From Mobula hypostoma (taxonomy: Eukaryota): 64,000 bases of DNA. Position numbers and translations under genes: made by a program. A model generated the notes under the pieces. The model was not told the origin of the DNA, ran no database searches, and was given only the letters and a program-made list of their open reading frames with translations. Shown here in pieces: positions 1 to 14,489 of the stretch. How positions within the stretch are numbered: position 1 is the first letter of the stretch; each line of letters begins with the position of its first letter. The stretch is from NCBI RefSeq assembly GCF_963921235.1, contig NC_086107.1, positions 105,092,001 through 105,156,000 of the forward strand, written 5' to 3'.

Positions 1-1293
1 TTTGTATTATCTTTTTTCATGAGGTAATTCTGTGATATTGAAATGTATAATTTATTAGCCCTCACGTTGGTCTTGGTATTATCTCAGGGAAAATTCAACT
101 GCTGAGCAATAACTAGAGATACCTTTACATACATTAGTTCAGGTTTGCCTCACCATGTGAAATAACTACCTGTCAACGATCACATGAAGAATGGCCGGCT
201 GTGGCAGATGACAAAGGATTTGCCTTTGTAATTGAACTGGAATGATAATTGATGCAGTGGAAGATAATTAATTTGTATTGTTGGGGGTGGGGATGGTGAA
301 GTGTAAAGGAAGTCCTGAAAGATCAAATAGACATGAGTTAGAAAGCACTTCTGTGAAGTAGAAGTGGGCCCTGAAATTCCATAGAGGTCCTCTTATTTAA
401 ATATATACACCTTACACGTTTTCTCTTGAGTTCTTGTCTTCTGCTGATGTTGCAATTGGAGACTGATAGAGATCTTGTAGAATTTCGGAATCTAGTTTAA
501 TATCACCAGTGTATGTCGTGAAATTTGGTGGCTTTGCAGCAGCAGCACAATGCAGTACATAATAAGAAGAAAAATCTTCGTGGGTTCAATGTCCATTCAG
601 AAATCGGATGGCACAGGGGAAGAAGCTGTTCCTGAATCACTGAGTGTGTGTCCTCAGGCTCCTGTACCTCCTCCCTGATGGTAGCAATGAGAACAAGGCA
701 TGACCTGGGTGATGGGGTCCTTAATGGTGGACACTGCCTTTTTGAGGCATCGCTCCTTGAAGATGTCCTGGATACCACAGAGGCCAGTGCCCATGATGGA
801 GCTGACTGAGTTCACAACTTTCTGCAGCTTCTTTCGATCCTGTGCAGTAGCTCCCCGCCCCGCCCCCCCCCCCCCCAACCATACCAGACGGTGTTAGAAT
901 GCTCTCCATGGTATATCTATAGAAATTCAGGGCCACATATTTTCAAAATTTACCCAGGGTAGTGTACCATAGTACTCGGCTTTGTTGTGTATCTAATCAT
1001 GTAAACTCTCACAAAGAATTGTTGCATGAGATTAGGATTCATTGAATTGGGATAATATGTAACCACGGGTTGGGTGTTGATTGATGGAGCAACAGGGTGT
1101 CACTGATTGAGTTACTTCAGGATCATTTCTTGCCCTCAGCTGTTTTCATGAAGATGACACAAAATATGGAAACAAATGTATTTCCTATCAGTAGTTTGGA
1201 AATTAATCTAAAAGGATGCAGTGAAAGGTAGAATGTGTCGTGTCTAAGAAAATTGTAATTAGAAATTAAAATGCAGTATCTGCTTTCTAACAG

Positions 1294-1575
1294 GACAAGA
1301 TTTCCCAGAGGAGGAGGAGGAGGAGGAAGAGGAGCCCACTCCTGAGGCAGCTGCTGAAGAAGAGAAGATGGATACGGAGGAACAGAATCGGGAAAAGCGA
1401 CAGCTGGAGGAAAGCCAGCCAGAGGGGCCACAGGTACCGCCGCCAACCCAGATGCCTCCCAGAGCACCAATGCAAGCTCCACCGATGCCTGGGCCTCCTC
1501 CGCTTGGACCTCCACCTGCACCCCCACTAAGACCCCCAGGGCCACCATCTGGTCTACCACCAGGACCACCCCCAG
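1294..1575 (+). CDS. WBP11: WW domain-binding protein 11, internal coding exon (acidic then proline-rich)
   Basis: Acceptor ctaacag|GA and donor CCAG|gtaaga, phase 1-1. Translates (G)QDFPEEEEEEEE...QAPPMPGPPPLGPPPAPPLRPPGPPSGLPPGPPP, matching the WBP11 proline-rich region. Upstream exons lie outside the window. Confidence 0.93.
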
Positions 1576-2263
1576 GTAAGAAACAAGATTGAAGTATTGA
1601 AATGGCTCCCAATGATGTGACTGTTTATGATGGAAGCTGAACATTTGAAATAAGCATCATGCTGTGTCCTTGCACTATCTACCGTACCAGTAGATGTTTG
1701 AAGTTGCTCTGTCTAACTCGAGTGGATCTGAGCTAATACAGTTGAAGCACGGTGGAGAACTGGAAGGTAAAATGAAACATGGATTCCTCTTGACACATCA
1801 AATTCAAACTTACCCACAAGCAGTTTACTCTGTGATAACTAGCAATGCAGTTAGAGTAATAATGCTTCTTTTAATGAACAGTTATGGATAGCTGCTTCTC
1901 AAATCTTGTCATCGGTGTAAGTCTGGCGAAGAGTGGTGAAAATCTTTGCCTTGTGTGTTTATAGATTTCTAAGCCTTGAACAGCTAAAGAGCAGTGATGT
2001 TTGGGTTGGAATATAATATTACTTGTTAAAATAAAATACAAATAATTGAATGGATGGGAGTAAATCAAATAGCAAATTTAGTTTTTTTATTAACTGGATG
2101 TGCATGTTGGCCTGAGGCATACTATTGGCAGTGCGGTGAGATCTAACTTATGCTGAATGCCCAAGTTCTTTATTTATTTCTAAAATAATTTCTCCTTTCT
2201 TCATGAGTGACAGTTCTTCCATTTATTAGTTTAATATTCAGCCCTGCTTGGATCAGAGGAAAA

Positions 2264-2666
2264 ACATAGAAACATAGACATAGAAAATAGGTGCAGGAGT
2301 AGGCCATTCGGCCCTTTGAGCCTGCACCGCCATTCAGTATGATCATGGCTGATCATCCAACTCAGAACCCTGTACCAGCCTTCTCTCCATACGCCCTGAT
2401 CCCTTTAGCCACAAGGGCCATATCTAACTCCCTCTTAAATATAGCCAATAAACTGGCCTCAACTGTTTCCTGTGGCAGAGAATTCCACAGATTCACCACT
2501 CTCTGTGTGAAGAAGTTTTTCCTCATCTCGGTCCTAAAAGGCTTCCCCGTTATCCTCAAACTGTGACCCCTCGTTCTGGACTTCCCCAACATCGGGAACA
2601 ATCTTCCTGCATCTAGCCTGTCCAATCCCTTTAGAATTTTATACATTTCAATAAGATCCCCCCTGC
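2264..2666 (-). mobile_element. CR1 LINE 3' end, same family as 34554-37103
   Basis: RGDLIEMYKILKGLDRLDAGRLFP...FFTQRVVNLWNSLP. (CATAGAAA)n tail on the plus strand. Confidence 0.9.
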
Positions 2667-4799
2667 CATCCATAATAAATCTTTGACTCCTGTCCTTTCT
2701 CTGTGATTGTCCAGCTACTCAGCTTGCAGGTTGTTCCAGCACATTTGGGAGAGGCATTTAAGGAACGTCTCTTTAAATTAAATCATGTATTTGAAAATTT
2801 AAAAAGCAAACTGAAATCTTTATGGAACCCTGTAACATTGTATGTGTAAAAATGTGTGTAGAAGTTTAATTATTTTAATTAGTCATAAGAGCAGAGGCAT
2901 TTGCCTGTTTAACTTCTCCATTCACTAAGATCATATATGATCTTTTACCTCAGAGCTACTCTCTTGCACAAACCCCATAATCCATTGATTGCCTTAATAC
3001 CAGGCATGCATACATGTTTAGATTTTAATATACTGTACTCATCAACAAGAATCAGCAGAGGATGAAGACCTGTGAACCCCAAGTTCAAGGACTGCAGTCA
3101 GAGGACTGTGAGGATGAGGGTCAGTGATCCCTGGTAGGGGAGTAGAAAGGGGGTTGGTTTGCTGTAGTGGTGTTTGTCTTGTTGTATCTTGACGTCAGTT
3201 TGTTCTGTTGGACGTGCTGTGTTACGCTGGCGTCGGAGGTGTGACGCCACTTGTGGGCTGCTCCCAGTACATCCCTAGACCGTGTTGGTTAATGCAAACA
3301 ATGCATATAACTCTGTGTTTTAATGTATATGTGCATTAGATACGTGGGTTATGACCGAAGTAAAAACTGGCTGGAGTCGCCTGGCACTATAGTGCATGGG
3401 TGTCTATTAGGTGTGTCAAAAATCAAACTTACAAAAATTAGTGAAAAGAAAAAATGCAAGTATTTACAAAATGATATCTACAGGTAAACACAATAAAGCC
3501 CAGTACTTATTCTTGTCCAGTGGTACCTCTTCGCAGCCCCTATCTCTCTGGTACTGAGGGCAAAGAGTTTTTTTTTGGCATTGGGACACAGAGAAGAGAA
3601 AATCTGCAGATGCTCGGAATCGAACGAACACACACACACACACACACACTCACTGTCTATCTCGTATCTCTCTCTCTCTCTCCATCTCTCTCCCCCCTCC
3701 TCCCCCTCTCTCCCACCCCCACTCCCCGAGAAAAACAGCAGGCCAGAAATGTCGACTGTACCCTTTTCCACAGATGCTGCCTGGCTTGCTGAGTTCCTCC
3801 AGCACTTTGTGTGTGTTGATTGGGACATATATCTTTAATTACTAACAAAGTTAAGACTACACACAAATTAGAATACGATGCACCCCACAGTGTAGTTACA
3901 ATCATATTACAAAATAAACAAAAGTATCTACCTTAAATGCAGCATACAAACAACATAGACACATTTTCACATCCCCATTACTAAAGAAATGAATATTCCG
4001 TCATGTTGTATGGTGAGAAAGGCACCATAAAGCCAACCCGAGCGTATCAGCTCGGTTTAGAATTGAACTAAACTTTGGTGTCTGATTCTGAATGTATGCA
4101 GCAATGGGGAGGGAAAACAGTTGGTAGACCAGGGAAGACATTGAAGTGTGTGCTCTCACCACCACAACAACAGCAGAACGGCAAGGCGATGTTCGTTTGT
4201 AAGTGAATGTGTGTTATGTACAGAGTGCGTTTACCAAGTGCTCTCCATCTCAAATGACTAATAAACCCAATCCAATCTAATCACAATCCTCTTAGTTCAA
4301 GAATTCCAAGAATTCCTTGTCTTCTAGGTAAGGAAATTTTCTATCCTGATTAGTCAATGATTTATTTTCAGATTGACCCCTAGTTCTGGACACCACAGAT
4401 TGGAGAAACATCATCCCCGCATTTAACCTGTCAATCTCTCCTGCCTAACAAACTTTAGCTTTCCTATCTCCATTGCAAGTCCTTTGTTCTGCGATCAGAC
4501 CTACTGTATTCACAATATTCAAAATGGATTCTCACCAGAGCCCTCAATAATTAGAGCAAGACGTCTCTACTTCGCTACTCAAATACTCTTGCAATAAAGG
4601 CTTTCCAAATTGCTTCCTGTACCTGTAAATTAACTCTGAGTGATTCGGGTACCGGGACACTTTGAATCTTTCAATTTTTTAATTAAAAAAAGATTCTCTG
4701 CCATTTTTCTTGCACATTTTCATATTTATTTCACTTGCCATGTCCTTGCCTGTTCACTTAACCTGGTCATATCGCCCTTAGTTACTCTGCACTTTCCTC

Positions 4800-5365
4800 A
4801 TAAGAACGCAAGAAATAGGCGCAGGAGTCGGCCATCTACCCGTCGAGCCTGCTTCACTATTCAATAAGATCATAGTTGGTCTGGCCATGGACTCATTTCC
4901 ACCTACCTGCCTTTTCCCCATAATGCTCAATTCCCTTACAATGCAAAAATCTATCCAAAAATGTCTTAAATATATTTACTGAGGTAGCTCCACTGCTTCA
5001 TTGGGCAGAAAATTCCACAGATTCACCACTCTCTGGGGAAAAGCAGTTCCTCCTCATCTCCATCCTAAAGCTACTCCCCCGAATCTTGAGGCTATGTCTC
5101 CTAGTTGTAGTCTCACCATCCAGTGGAAACAGCTTTCTTGCCTCTATCTATCACTTTCATAATTTTATATGTTTCTATAAGCTCTCGTCTCATTCTTCTG
5201 AATTCTACTGAGTACAGCCCCAGACGTCCCAATCTCTCCTCATATTCTAACCCCTTGATCTCTGGAATCAACCTGGTGAACCTCCTCTGCACCGCCTCCA
5301 AAGCCAGTATATCCTTCCTCAAGTAAGGAGACCAGAACTGCACACAGTACTCCAGGTGTGGCCTC
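4800..5365 (-). mobile_element. CR1 LINE 3' fragment
   Basis: RPHLEYCVQFWSPYLRKDILALEAVQRRFTRLIP plus CR1-type 3' UTR. Confidence 0.88.
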
Positions 5366-5906
5366 AAATCCCAGACAATCATCAGCAAACTTGTCTATAT
5401 TATACTTGGTGCTGAATTGAAGTCATTGATCTAGGCTGTGAACAGCTAGGTCCCAGCACCAGTCCCTACCCTGGTGGCTTATAGCCTCCAAATCTGTTTT
5501 ATTCCTTTTTTTCCTGTTTATTAGCCAACTCTCAATTCATTCCAGTAAATTGCCCCCATTCCTGTGTGCTGTAATTTTGTTCAATAGTTTCTTGTGTGAT
5601 TCCTTTCTCAAAGGCCACCTGAAAGTCCAAATACATCATATCAACTAGTTTTATCTATTCCACTAATCCATTCTCATGAAAAAACCATGAGCAGATTTGC
5701 AGACTGTGCAATCCCATTATTTTGAGCTCTCTCTTATTATAATAATAGATTGCAGCCCTTTGCCCACCATTGATATCAAGCTAGTTTCTCTATAGTTCCC
5801 TATTTTCATTCCTTTCTTTAATAGAGTAATGGTTGTTACGTTGTATATTATGGGATTAATTCAAGTACTTGTTTAGTCTGACTTAACAGTGTGCTGTTTA
5901 TCACAG

Positions 5907-6089
5907 GGGCGCCTCCATTCATACGACCACCAGGATTGCCTGGAATCAGAGGACCGATTCCACGTCTGCTTCCTCCTGGACCACCACCAGGGCGACCTCC
6001 AGGCCCACCACCAGGACCCCCGCCAGGCCTTCCTCCAGGCCCACCACCCCGAGGACCCCCTCCAAGATTGCCACCACCTGCACCCCCAG
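5907..6089 (+). CDS. WBP11: WBP11 penultimate coding exon (proline-rich)
   Basis: tcacag|GG ... CCAG|gtaagt, 183 nt, phase 1-1. GAPPFIRPPGLPGIRGPIPRLLPPGPPPGRPPGPPPGPPPGLPPGPPPRGPPPRLPPPAPP. Confidence 0.95.
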
Positions 6090-8050
6090 GTAAGTTCAAA
6101 CAAATTGGGAGTCGGCGGATTATATATGCTTATGAACTGCGGTCAAAAGGCTGTTTCAGTCCAGATGAGAATCCTTGATCCAAAACGTCAACTGTTTCCC
6201 TCCACAGATACCTGACTTAATGTGTTCCCCCGACAGGTTTTTGGATCCAGATTCCAGCATTGTCCTGTGTCTTCACTAATTGTATCATACCTGTTAGTGG
6301 GTCTGTATGTGTCCTACTTAATACAGTTCAAAGTAAAGTTATTATCACAGTACATATATGCCACCATATACAGCCCTGAGATTCATTTCCTTGCAGACAC
6401 ACTCAATAAATCTATAGAATACTAATCATAACAGAATCAGTGAAAGACCGTACCAACCAGTGTGCAGAAGACAAGAAACTGCAAATACGAAAAGAAAGAA
6501 ATAATAATAATAATAATAATAAGTAAATGTTGAGATGAAGAGTCCTTGAAAGTGAGTCCATAGGTTGTGGGAACCTTTTAATTATGGGGCAAGTGACGTA
6601 TAGGACTGAGAGGGTAAATAACCATTCCTGAACTTAGTGGTGTGAGTTCTGAAGCTCCTGTACTGCCTTCCTGGTGGCAGCAATGAGGAGAGAGCATGTC
6701 CTGGGTGTTGGGGGTCCATGATGACGGATGCTGCTTTCCTGTGACAGCATTTCAGGTAGATGTGCTCAGTGGTGGGGAGGGCTTTACCCATGAGGGATGT
6801 TGAAGGATTTTCCATTCAAGGGCATTGGTGTTTCCATACCAGGCTATTATGCAGCCAGTCAAACATCTATAGAAGCTTGTCAAAGTTTTGGATGTCATGC
6901 CAAGTCTTTGCAAACTCCTAAGGAAATAGAGGTGCTACAGTGCTTTCTTCATAATTGCATGTGCATGCTGGGTCCAGGACAGCTCCTCTGAGATAGGTGA
7001 TACAGGCCGACTGGTCTCGGCACGAAACGTCGACTGTACTTTTTTTCCATAGATGCTGCCTGGCCTGCTGTGTTTTTCCAGCAGTTTGAGTGTGTTGCTC
7101 AGGTGACACAGGTGTAAACTTTAGGTGAGGGTACTGTAAATAAAATGTCAACTACTCTATTTACTTGCAGCTGATTTTTTTTTTGGCTGTTATCCTGTCA
7201 ACTCGAAAACTTCATCTTCAACTTAACTCCATTCCAAGCCTGGCCTTGCCCCATCGGAGATGCTCCCTGTTCAAGCAAATTTATTTCTGATTTCAAAGCT
7301 AATGTGACTATATTAGTGATGTGCTTTAATACAAATTTAATTATTATTGAACTTGTAGGATGGAGTGTAAGCATCTTTTAGACCCCTTAGCCAGATTTGC
7401 TATTCAGTAAGACCTATTACATCAGTAGTATCTTGTTGGTCTGAGCCAAAATGGTTTCTCTCTTCTTGGATGCCGCCAGACCTGCTGAGTGTTTCAAACA
7501 TTTTCTATGAAAAGCCCTTGCTCTTAATTCTTGGATTGTGCTCTCCAGTGCTAGATTCTATTTGTCTACTAAGATATTCCTTGTTAGTATCATTAAAGCT
7601 TCAATCAGATCAGAGCCACATACGAGAGCATTAAAACAGAGTTGGTCTCTGATCGTCCTTGAAGCATTGTCCCACTCCCTTAACTCATCAGACTTTGAAC
7701 TTGAGTTTGACATCTGTGCTGCCTAATGTGCAGTCACTTTGTATTCTCGCATCGCCCCCTTCCACATGCTGACTTTTGCGTTCAAGGCTACCTTTTATAA
7801 AGTGGATGAAATAAATGATAAATGCTTGTAAATGATATCTGACTTCTGTTGCACAGAATCAGTACTTTAAAGAATATGATGTGGAAATAAAATGTATTTA
7901 TTTGTGTAGTCTTATAACAATTTCTGTGAAGTACAGTAGATATAATATCCTAAGTCTGAACAAGTTACAGTAAATCAAAAGTGGTATTTGAAGAGTCAGG
8001 TGAGTCATAAGCACTCTATCCAGACTGTGAAATAAAAGGAAATTTGTGTG

Positions 8051-8085
<35 letters not shown>

Positions 8086-8168
8086 GTATATATAATTATC
8101 ATTGTTTAAGGAAATGTAATTATTCATTGGTTTTCTGGAGTTGTCTAAATTTCCCTTTCTGTTTGAAG

Positions 8169-8584
8169 GTATCCCACCTCCACGGCCAGGTATGATACGC
8201 CCACCCTTGGCTCCTCCACTTGGTCCCGCGCCCCCAGGATTGTTCCCGCCAGCCCCGGTGCCAAACCCCGGTGTCCTCAGCGCTCCTCCAAGTCTCATTC
8301 AGCGGCCGAAGATGGATGAGAACATCACCACCATCGAGAAGAAAGCTATTGCCACGATCAGTGCAAAGCCCCAGATCACCAATCCTAAGGCAGAGATCAC
8401 CCGCTTTGTGCCCACCGCCTTGCGAGTCAAGCGAGAAAGTAAGAGTCAGGCGCCACTGAAGAAAGGAGAGGAAGAAGTTGTCGCCCCGACGAAGCCCGTA
8501 CCAAAGGCTGTGCCAGCTGTCTCAATCCAAACGAAGGATGACATATACGAGTCTTTCATGAAAGAAATGGAAGGTCTTTTATAA
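8169..8584 (+). CDS. WBP11: WBP11 last coding exon
   Basis: ctgtttgaag|GT acceptor. GIPPPRPGMIRPPL...ATISAKPQITNPKAEITRFVPTALRV...QTKDDIYESFMKEMEGLL*, the characteristic WBP11 C-terminus. TAA at 8582-8584. Confidence 0.96.
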
Positions 8585-8687
8585 CTAACTCAGACTTGGT
8601 CCCTCCTGATCCTAGATTACCAACCTTTCAGCAGTGTTCTTTGAGATTAATGTCTCAATGCATCCCAAGTTTGCTTTTTAAAAAAAA

Positions 8688-8693
8688 AATAAA
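8688..8693 (+). terminator. Candidate proximal polyadenylation signal of WBP11 (a distal AATAAA is at 10349-10354)
   Basis: AATAAA about 100 nt after the WBP11 stop codon. Confidence 0.5.
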
Positions 8694-11289
8694 TACATTT
8701 CTGTAACATAAATGTTCACGTGAAAACACTGATTTATAAAATTGTTATTCATATGATGTAACCCAACCCTATAACCTTTGTGGTTAGGAATTTTGCAGCT
8801 GAGAACAGACCCTTACTCGTGAGCTTTCAAACACTGTGGCTAAAGATTAGACTTGCGGCATGCTTGCAAGCGTTATCAAAACCTAAATTAAAAAATAACT
8901 GCTTCGACCATAAGGGGTAATGATTTATAGAGACATTTTGCAGGAAATGTTGGAGAAAATATCATTTTCGTTTGTGTATAATTTAAACACGGGAGTCTCC
9001 AACAGTAAGAGTTTCAACCTTTAGCACTAATAGAGAAAATAGTTTTGGATTGGTGAATTTAAAAAAAAGTTTGGAGCAAATTGGGTATCAGAGGTCATGC
9101 GTTAGCTGTTGTAAGTCCCTTCCGTATTCTTAGCTCAACTGAATTGCTACAGTTACTAAGCTTGTGGGCAGGGTGAAGAGAGGTCATTCTCCCATTGATG
9201 TCTACTGAAACTGTTATCAAAAAAATTCCCTTTTTTGTTTTGTGGGTGTCTGTACATATAGCCCTCAGTAGTATCTCTGCCCAGTCTTCCTTTTAGTGAA
9301 TGCTTTACTCCCTATTTTTCTATTTTACATGAATAATTTTGGTACTGTATCAGTACTAGTGTATACAGAGGCAGAACTTCGACAGGACTGATAAAAAATG
9401 GTTCCACTGATCACTCTGGTTGCATGTAAAAATTCTTCACATCCCTTAATGAATTTCTTGGAAATTGATTGGAGAAAAAAAAGCTTCATCTTTTGCAAAT
9501 GTGCAATGTAATGTTAAAAATGTTTAGTTTTATTAAGCCTTTCTGTGGAAAAGGAAGACATTTTAAGGGACATTTTGGAAATGAGAACCTTGAAATCAGT
9601 GTCCTAGATCAAACTTCCAGCCAACTGGTAGTGTAGTGGGATCAGCACTGGACTTCGAGGCCAGTGGTCTTAGGCTCAAATCGTAAACACAAAATAATCT
9701 GCAGATGCTGGGGTCAAAGCAACACTCACAACACGCTGGAGGAACTCAGCAGGTCGGGCAGCATCCGTGGAAACGATGAGTCGACGTTTCCACGGATGCT
9801 GACCGACCTGCTGAGTTCCTCCAGCGTGTTGTGAGTGGTCTTAGGCTGGAATCTGGCTGGCTCCTTGCATGCTTTCCATCCGTGCTGGGTTGAGTGTTAG
9901 GGTAGCAACTCAGCCTTTTTTTTAAAAAAAAAAGACAAATGCTAAGGAAATGAGAAGAATGCTGCCCAAAGTGTCACAAGGTGCAAAAAGGAACAACAAG
10001 ATCTAACTTTTATTGGCATATTTGTTACAATTGCTCTGGAGCTCATCCAAACTATAAAACTTTTTTCCCACATGATTTCACATCTGCATTGCATTAATGT
10101 AGGGCATGGATTTCTAAAGGCATCCCTGTACTTGTCTGTTGTCATTATCCATATCTAGTGTTCTAATGCATTATGGGGTAAATTATTGAATGTTCATGAA
10201 TGAGTGCTATTCTTCTGTGCCACTGCAAATATATCATCAACATCATGTAAGGGTGGACCTATAACCACCAGTATTTCAGCCTACAGTGATAGCTTTCTAA
10301 ACACTCTGTAAGCATTACCTGCTTTATCCCAATGTTGCATAAAACTTCAATAAATTTCCTATTTACACATTTTGGAAATGGGTGGCAACTCAATTTCAAT
10401 CAAATAATCCAAGGACCTAATCAGAAAGCACTGCAGTTTTAAGAATTATTGTATTGTTTGATCCTTATTGAGGTGAATTATTGTATTGTTTGATCCTTTT
10501 GTTTTGTGTTCTACAGGATGGAGTAAATAGAATTGGTTCAATTAATAGATCTCTTGTTTTTATTTTGCTTAAAATGAGGAATATTATACCAATTTTGCCA
10601 CTTCACAGTACACATCTGTCCTAAAGGAGAAAGGAGTGTTTGTTCATAAGCTAAGTTATTACTATCTGTGTTGAGTACACTAATCAACATCTGAAGGGTT
10701 CAAGCTTCAATCCAGGGATAGAGAAGCTCCAGACTGACAAAATGAAATGGACTGTTGCTGGCACCATCCTTTAGACGAGCTTTTAAACTGAGGCTTGGCC
10801 AATATTTATTCTTCACTCAGTGCTACTAAAAGTCCTGCCTAATTGGCAGCCACATTTCCTACATGACAACAAAGTGCTTAAGACCATAGGACAGAGGAGC
10901 AGAATTGGGCCATTTGGTCCATTGAATCTGCCTTGTCATTCAATCATGGCTGATCCTCCATGCCCCAGCCCCACTCCCTGGCCTTCTCCCCGTAACCTTT
11001 GATGCCATGTCCAATCAAGAACCTATCAAGTTCTGTCTTAAATACAGTCAATGACCTGGCCTCCACAGCTGCTTGTGGTAATACGTTCCACTAATTACTT
11101 GAGAGGCTGGAGTGCACTGGGATATCTTGGAAGAATTGTGAAAGGTTTAACTGAAATATCAATCTGCCTTCCTCTACATCCAACTTGGGTGTTTTAACTG
11201 CTTTCAACAATTGGTTTTGAAAATTGTGGAGCTTTGTTTAAATGCAGTATGCATTGTCTTGGCCTTGTATGAAAATCACACAAAATAAA

Positions 11290-12240
11290 TATACCGGTTA
11301 GCAAGACCAAAGAAATGATTATTAACTTGAGGAGGAGGAAACTGGAGGTCCATGAGCCAGTCCTCATCAGGGGATCAGAAGTTCAGAGTCAGCAATTTTA
11401 AATTTCTGGGTGTTATCATTTCAGAGGATCTGTTCTGGGTCCAGCATGTAAGTGCCATTACAAAGGAAGAACAGCATTGTCTCTACTTAAAAGTTTGTGA
11501 AGATTTGGCATGACATCTAAAACTTTGACAAACTTTTATAGATGAGTGGTGGACTGTATATTGACTGGTTGCATCATGGTCTGATGTGGAAACACAAATG
11601 TCCTTGCACAAAAAATCCTATAAAAAGTAGTGGATACAGCCCATTCCATTCCATAACCCCCCCCCCCCCCATTGAGCATATCTATGAGGAGCACTGTCAC
11701 AGAAAAGCAGCATCTATCATCAAGGACCCCCACTATCCAGGCCACGCTTTCTTCTCACAGCTGCCAGCAGGAAGAAGGTATGGGAGCCTCAGGACCCACA
11801 CTTCCAGGTTCAGGAACAGTTATCACCCCTCAACCATCAGGCTCTTGAAATAGGGGGGTAACTTCACTCACTCCATCACTGAACTGGACTCGCTTTCGAG
11901 GATTTCATCCCATGTTCTCAATATTTATTGCTTATTATTATTATCTTTTTCTTTTTGTATTTGCAGAGTTTGTATTTTTTTCACATTGGTTGTTCTTGTT
12001 GGGTGTGGTCTTTTATTGATTCATTAGTATTGATAAAGGGTTTCGGCCCAAAACATCGGGTGTTTACTCTTTCCATTGATGCTACCCTGACCTGCTGAGT
12101 TCCTCCAGCATTTTGTGTGTGTTGCTTTCATTGATTCTATCGTTTCTTGTATTTACTATGATTGCCCACAAGAAAATAAATATCTGGGTTGTATATGGTG
12201 ACATATATATAGTTTGATTATAAATTTACTCAGAACTTTG
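11290..12240 (+). mobile_element. Rex1/L2-like LINE 3' fragment; related pieces at about 500-930, 6320-6990, 13765-14480, 16725-17210, 28650-29990, 44560-45090, 56190-57480
   Basis: Recurrent KAASIIKDPHHPGHALFSLLPSGRRYRSLRTHTxRFRNS motif and a shared 3' UTR ending in (TTGAAC)n. Confidence 0.8.
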
Positions 12241-14489
12241 AAAAGTTCACTACCCTCTATATGAAGAACATCCTTCTTGTCTCAGTCCAAATGGGCTTGA
12301 CCCTTATTCTGAAATTGTCCTCTAGCCCTTAACTCCTCAGCCAGGGAAGAAACTTCCTTGCATTTCATCTCTATAGCCTTTTAAGAATACCGTATTTTTG
12401 AAAGAGATTTCCTCTCATTCTGAACTGTGCTTGTCTACTTAATCCTTCTGTATAGCACATTCATCATTGTTATAATTAGTCTTGTGAATAGTCATAGTCA
12501 TACTTTATTGATCCCGGGGGAAATTGGTTTTCGTTACAGTTGCACCATAAATAATAAATGGTAATAGAACCATAAATAGTTAAATAGTAATTTTTAAATT
12601 ATGCCAGTAAATTATGAAATAAGTCCAGGACCAGCCTATTGGCTCAGGGTGTCTGACCCTCCAAGGGAGGAGTTGTAAAGTTTGATGGCCACAGGCAGGA
12701 ATGACTTCCTATGACGCTCAATGTTGCATCTCGGTGGAATGAGTCTCTGGCTGAATGTACTCCTGTGCCCAACCAGTACATTATGTAGTGGATGGGAGAC
12801 ATTGACCAAGATGGCATGCAACTTAGACAGCATCCTCTTTTCAGACACCTTAACATGGCTATGGCAAATATATCCTTGGGTAAGGAGAACAGTTGTACAC
12901 AAGGCTGGTCTCACCAAGGCCTTATGCAATTGCAATAAGGTATCCTTACTTCTGTATTCAATTCCTTTGGCAATAAAGGTTAACATACCATTTGTGCTCT
13001 TAATCATAGTAACTGCATGTTAGTCTTTAGATTAGTCTTTTACCATGCAAAGGTCCCTTTGAACATCAATGCTACATAATCTCTACCATTTCACAAATTC
13101 TCGGCTTTTCCATTATCTACAAAGCAGACTCCATAAACTTTTGCACATTATATTTGCCTGTTATATTCTCACTCACTCTTTCTGCTTGTCCACATCTATT
13201 GAAGGTTCTTTAATCCTCTCCCTGGTTTATTATTGTAAGCTAACTTGAAATATGAGATGAAAATTTAAAAAAACATGTCGAAAATATGAACTATACACTT
13301 TTATTGCAGATATGACATTTAATCCTTCAGCCCAACTGTTGATAGAGACTGTGAATAACTGGGTCCCAAGCAATGATCCATGTGGCACCCCACTAGTCAT
13401 AGCCTGCCAAGCTGGGAACTTATTGATTCCTCATTTTCGTTTTCTGATTACCAATTCTTAATCCACATGATCCACCCTTGTTGAGCAATCTGTGTGAAAC
13501 TTATTCTAACCTTTTTCCTAAAATCTAAATGTGAAACATCCACTTATTTCCCTTGATCCGTTGGTTACATTTTTTTAAAAGAGATCCAGCAGGTTAGAAA
13601 ACATTTTCTTCACGTAAATATATTGTTCTTTCATTCTAAGGTATTCTGTTATAATATCCTTTATTTTAGATTTCTAACACTAGTGGTAGGCTAACTGGTT
13701 GATAACTTCCTTCCGAGCAATCGGTACCCCCCCCCCCCCACGATACTTTGATTAGAATTTCCTACTAAAAGTAGTGGATATGGCCCAGTACTTCACAGGT
13801 AAAGTCCCCCCCACTATTGAACACATCTATACAGGGCATTGTTGCAAGAAAGCAGCATTCATCATCTAGGAACCCCACCTCCCTCCGCAACCACCACCCA
13901 GATGATACTCTCTTCTCGCTGCTGCCACCAGGGAAAAAAGGTACAGGAGCCTCCGGACTCACATCATCAGGTTCAGGAACAGTTACTGTCTCTCAACCAT
14001 CAGGCTCTTGAACCAAAGGGGATAACTTCACTCAACATCACTTACCCCATCATTGAAATGTTCCCAACACCTACGGACTCACTTCCAAGGACCCTTCATC
14101 TCATGTTCTCGATATTTATTGCTTATTTATTTATTTATTGTTATTTTTAAATTTGCACAGTTTATTGTCTTTTGCATACTGGTTGTACGCCCAGTGGTGT
14201 GGTCTTTCAATAATTCTGGCAACACACATCAAAGTTGCTGGTGAACGCAGCAGGCCAGGCAGCATCTCTAGGAAGAGGTACAGTCGACGTTTCAGGCCGA
14301 GACGAATGTATGAATGTACGTGTGTTGCTTGAAATTCCAGCATCTGCAGATTTCCTCGTGTTTGCGTCAATAATTCTGTTATGGTTATTGGAATTATTGG
14401 GTATGTCCGCAAGAAAATGAATCTCAGGATTACATATGGTGACATATCAATACTTTGATAATAAATTTGCGTTGAACTTTTGAGAACAC

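Noticed and set aside
1123..8298. Gly-rich or Trp-rich minus-strand ORFs (1259-1612, 5848-6099, 5873-6103, 8005-8298)
   Set aside because: They are antisense shadows of the proline-rich WBP11 exons.
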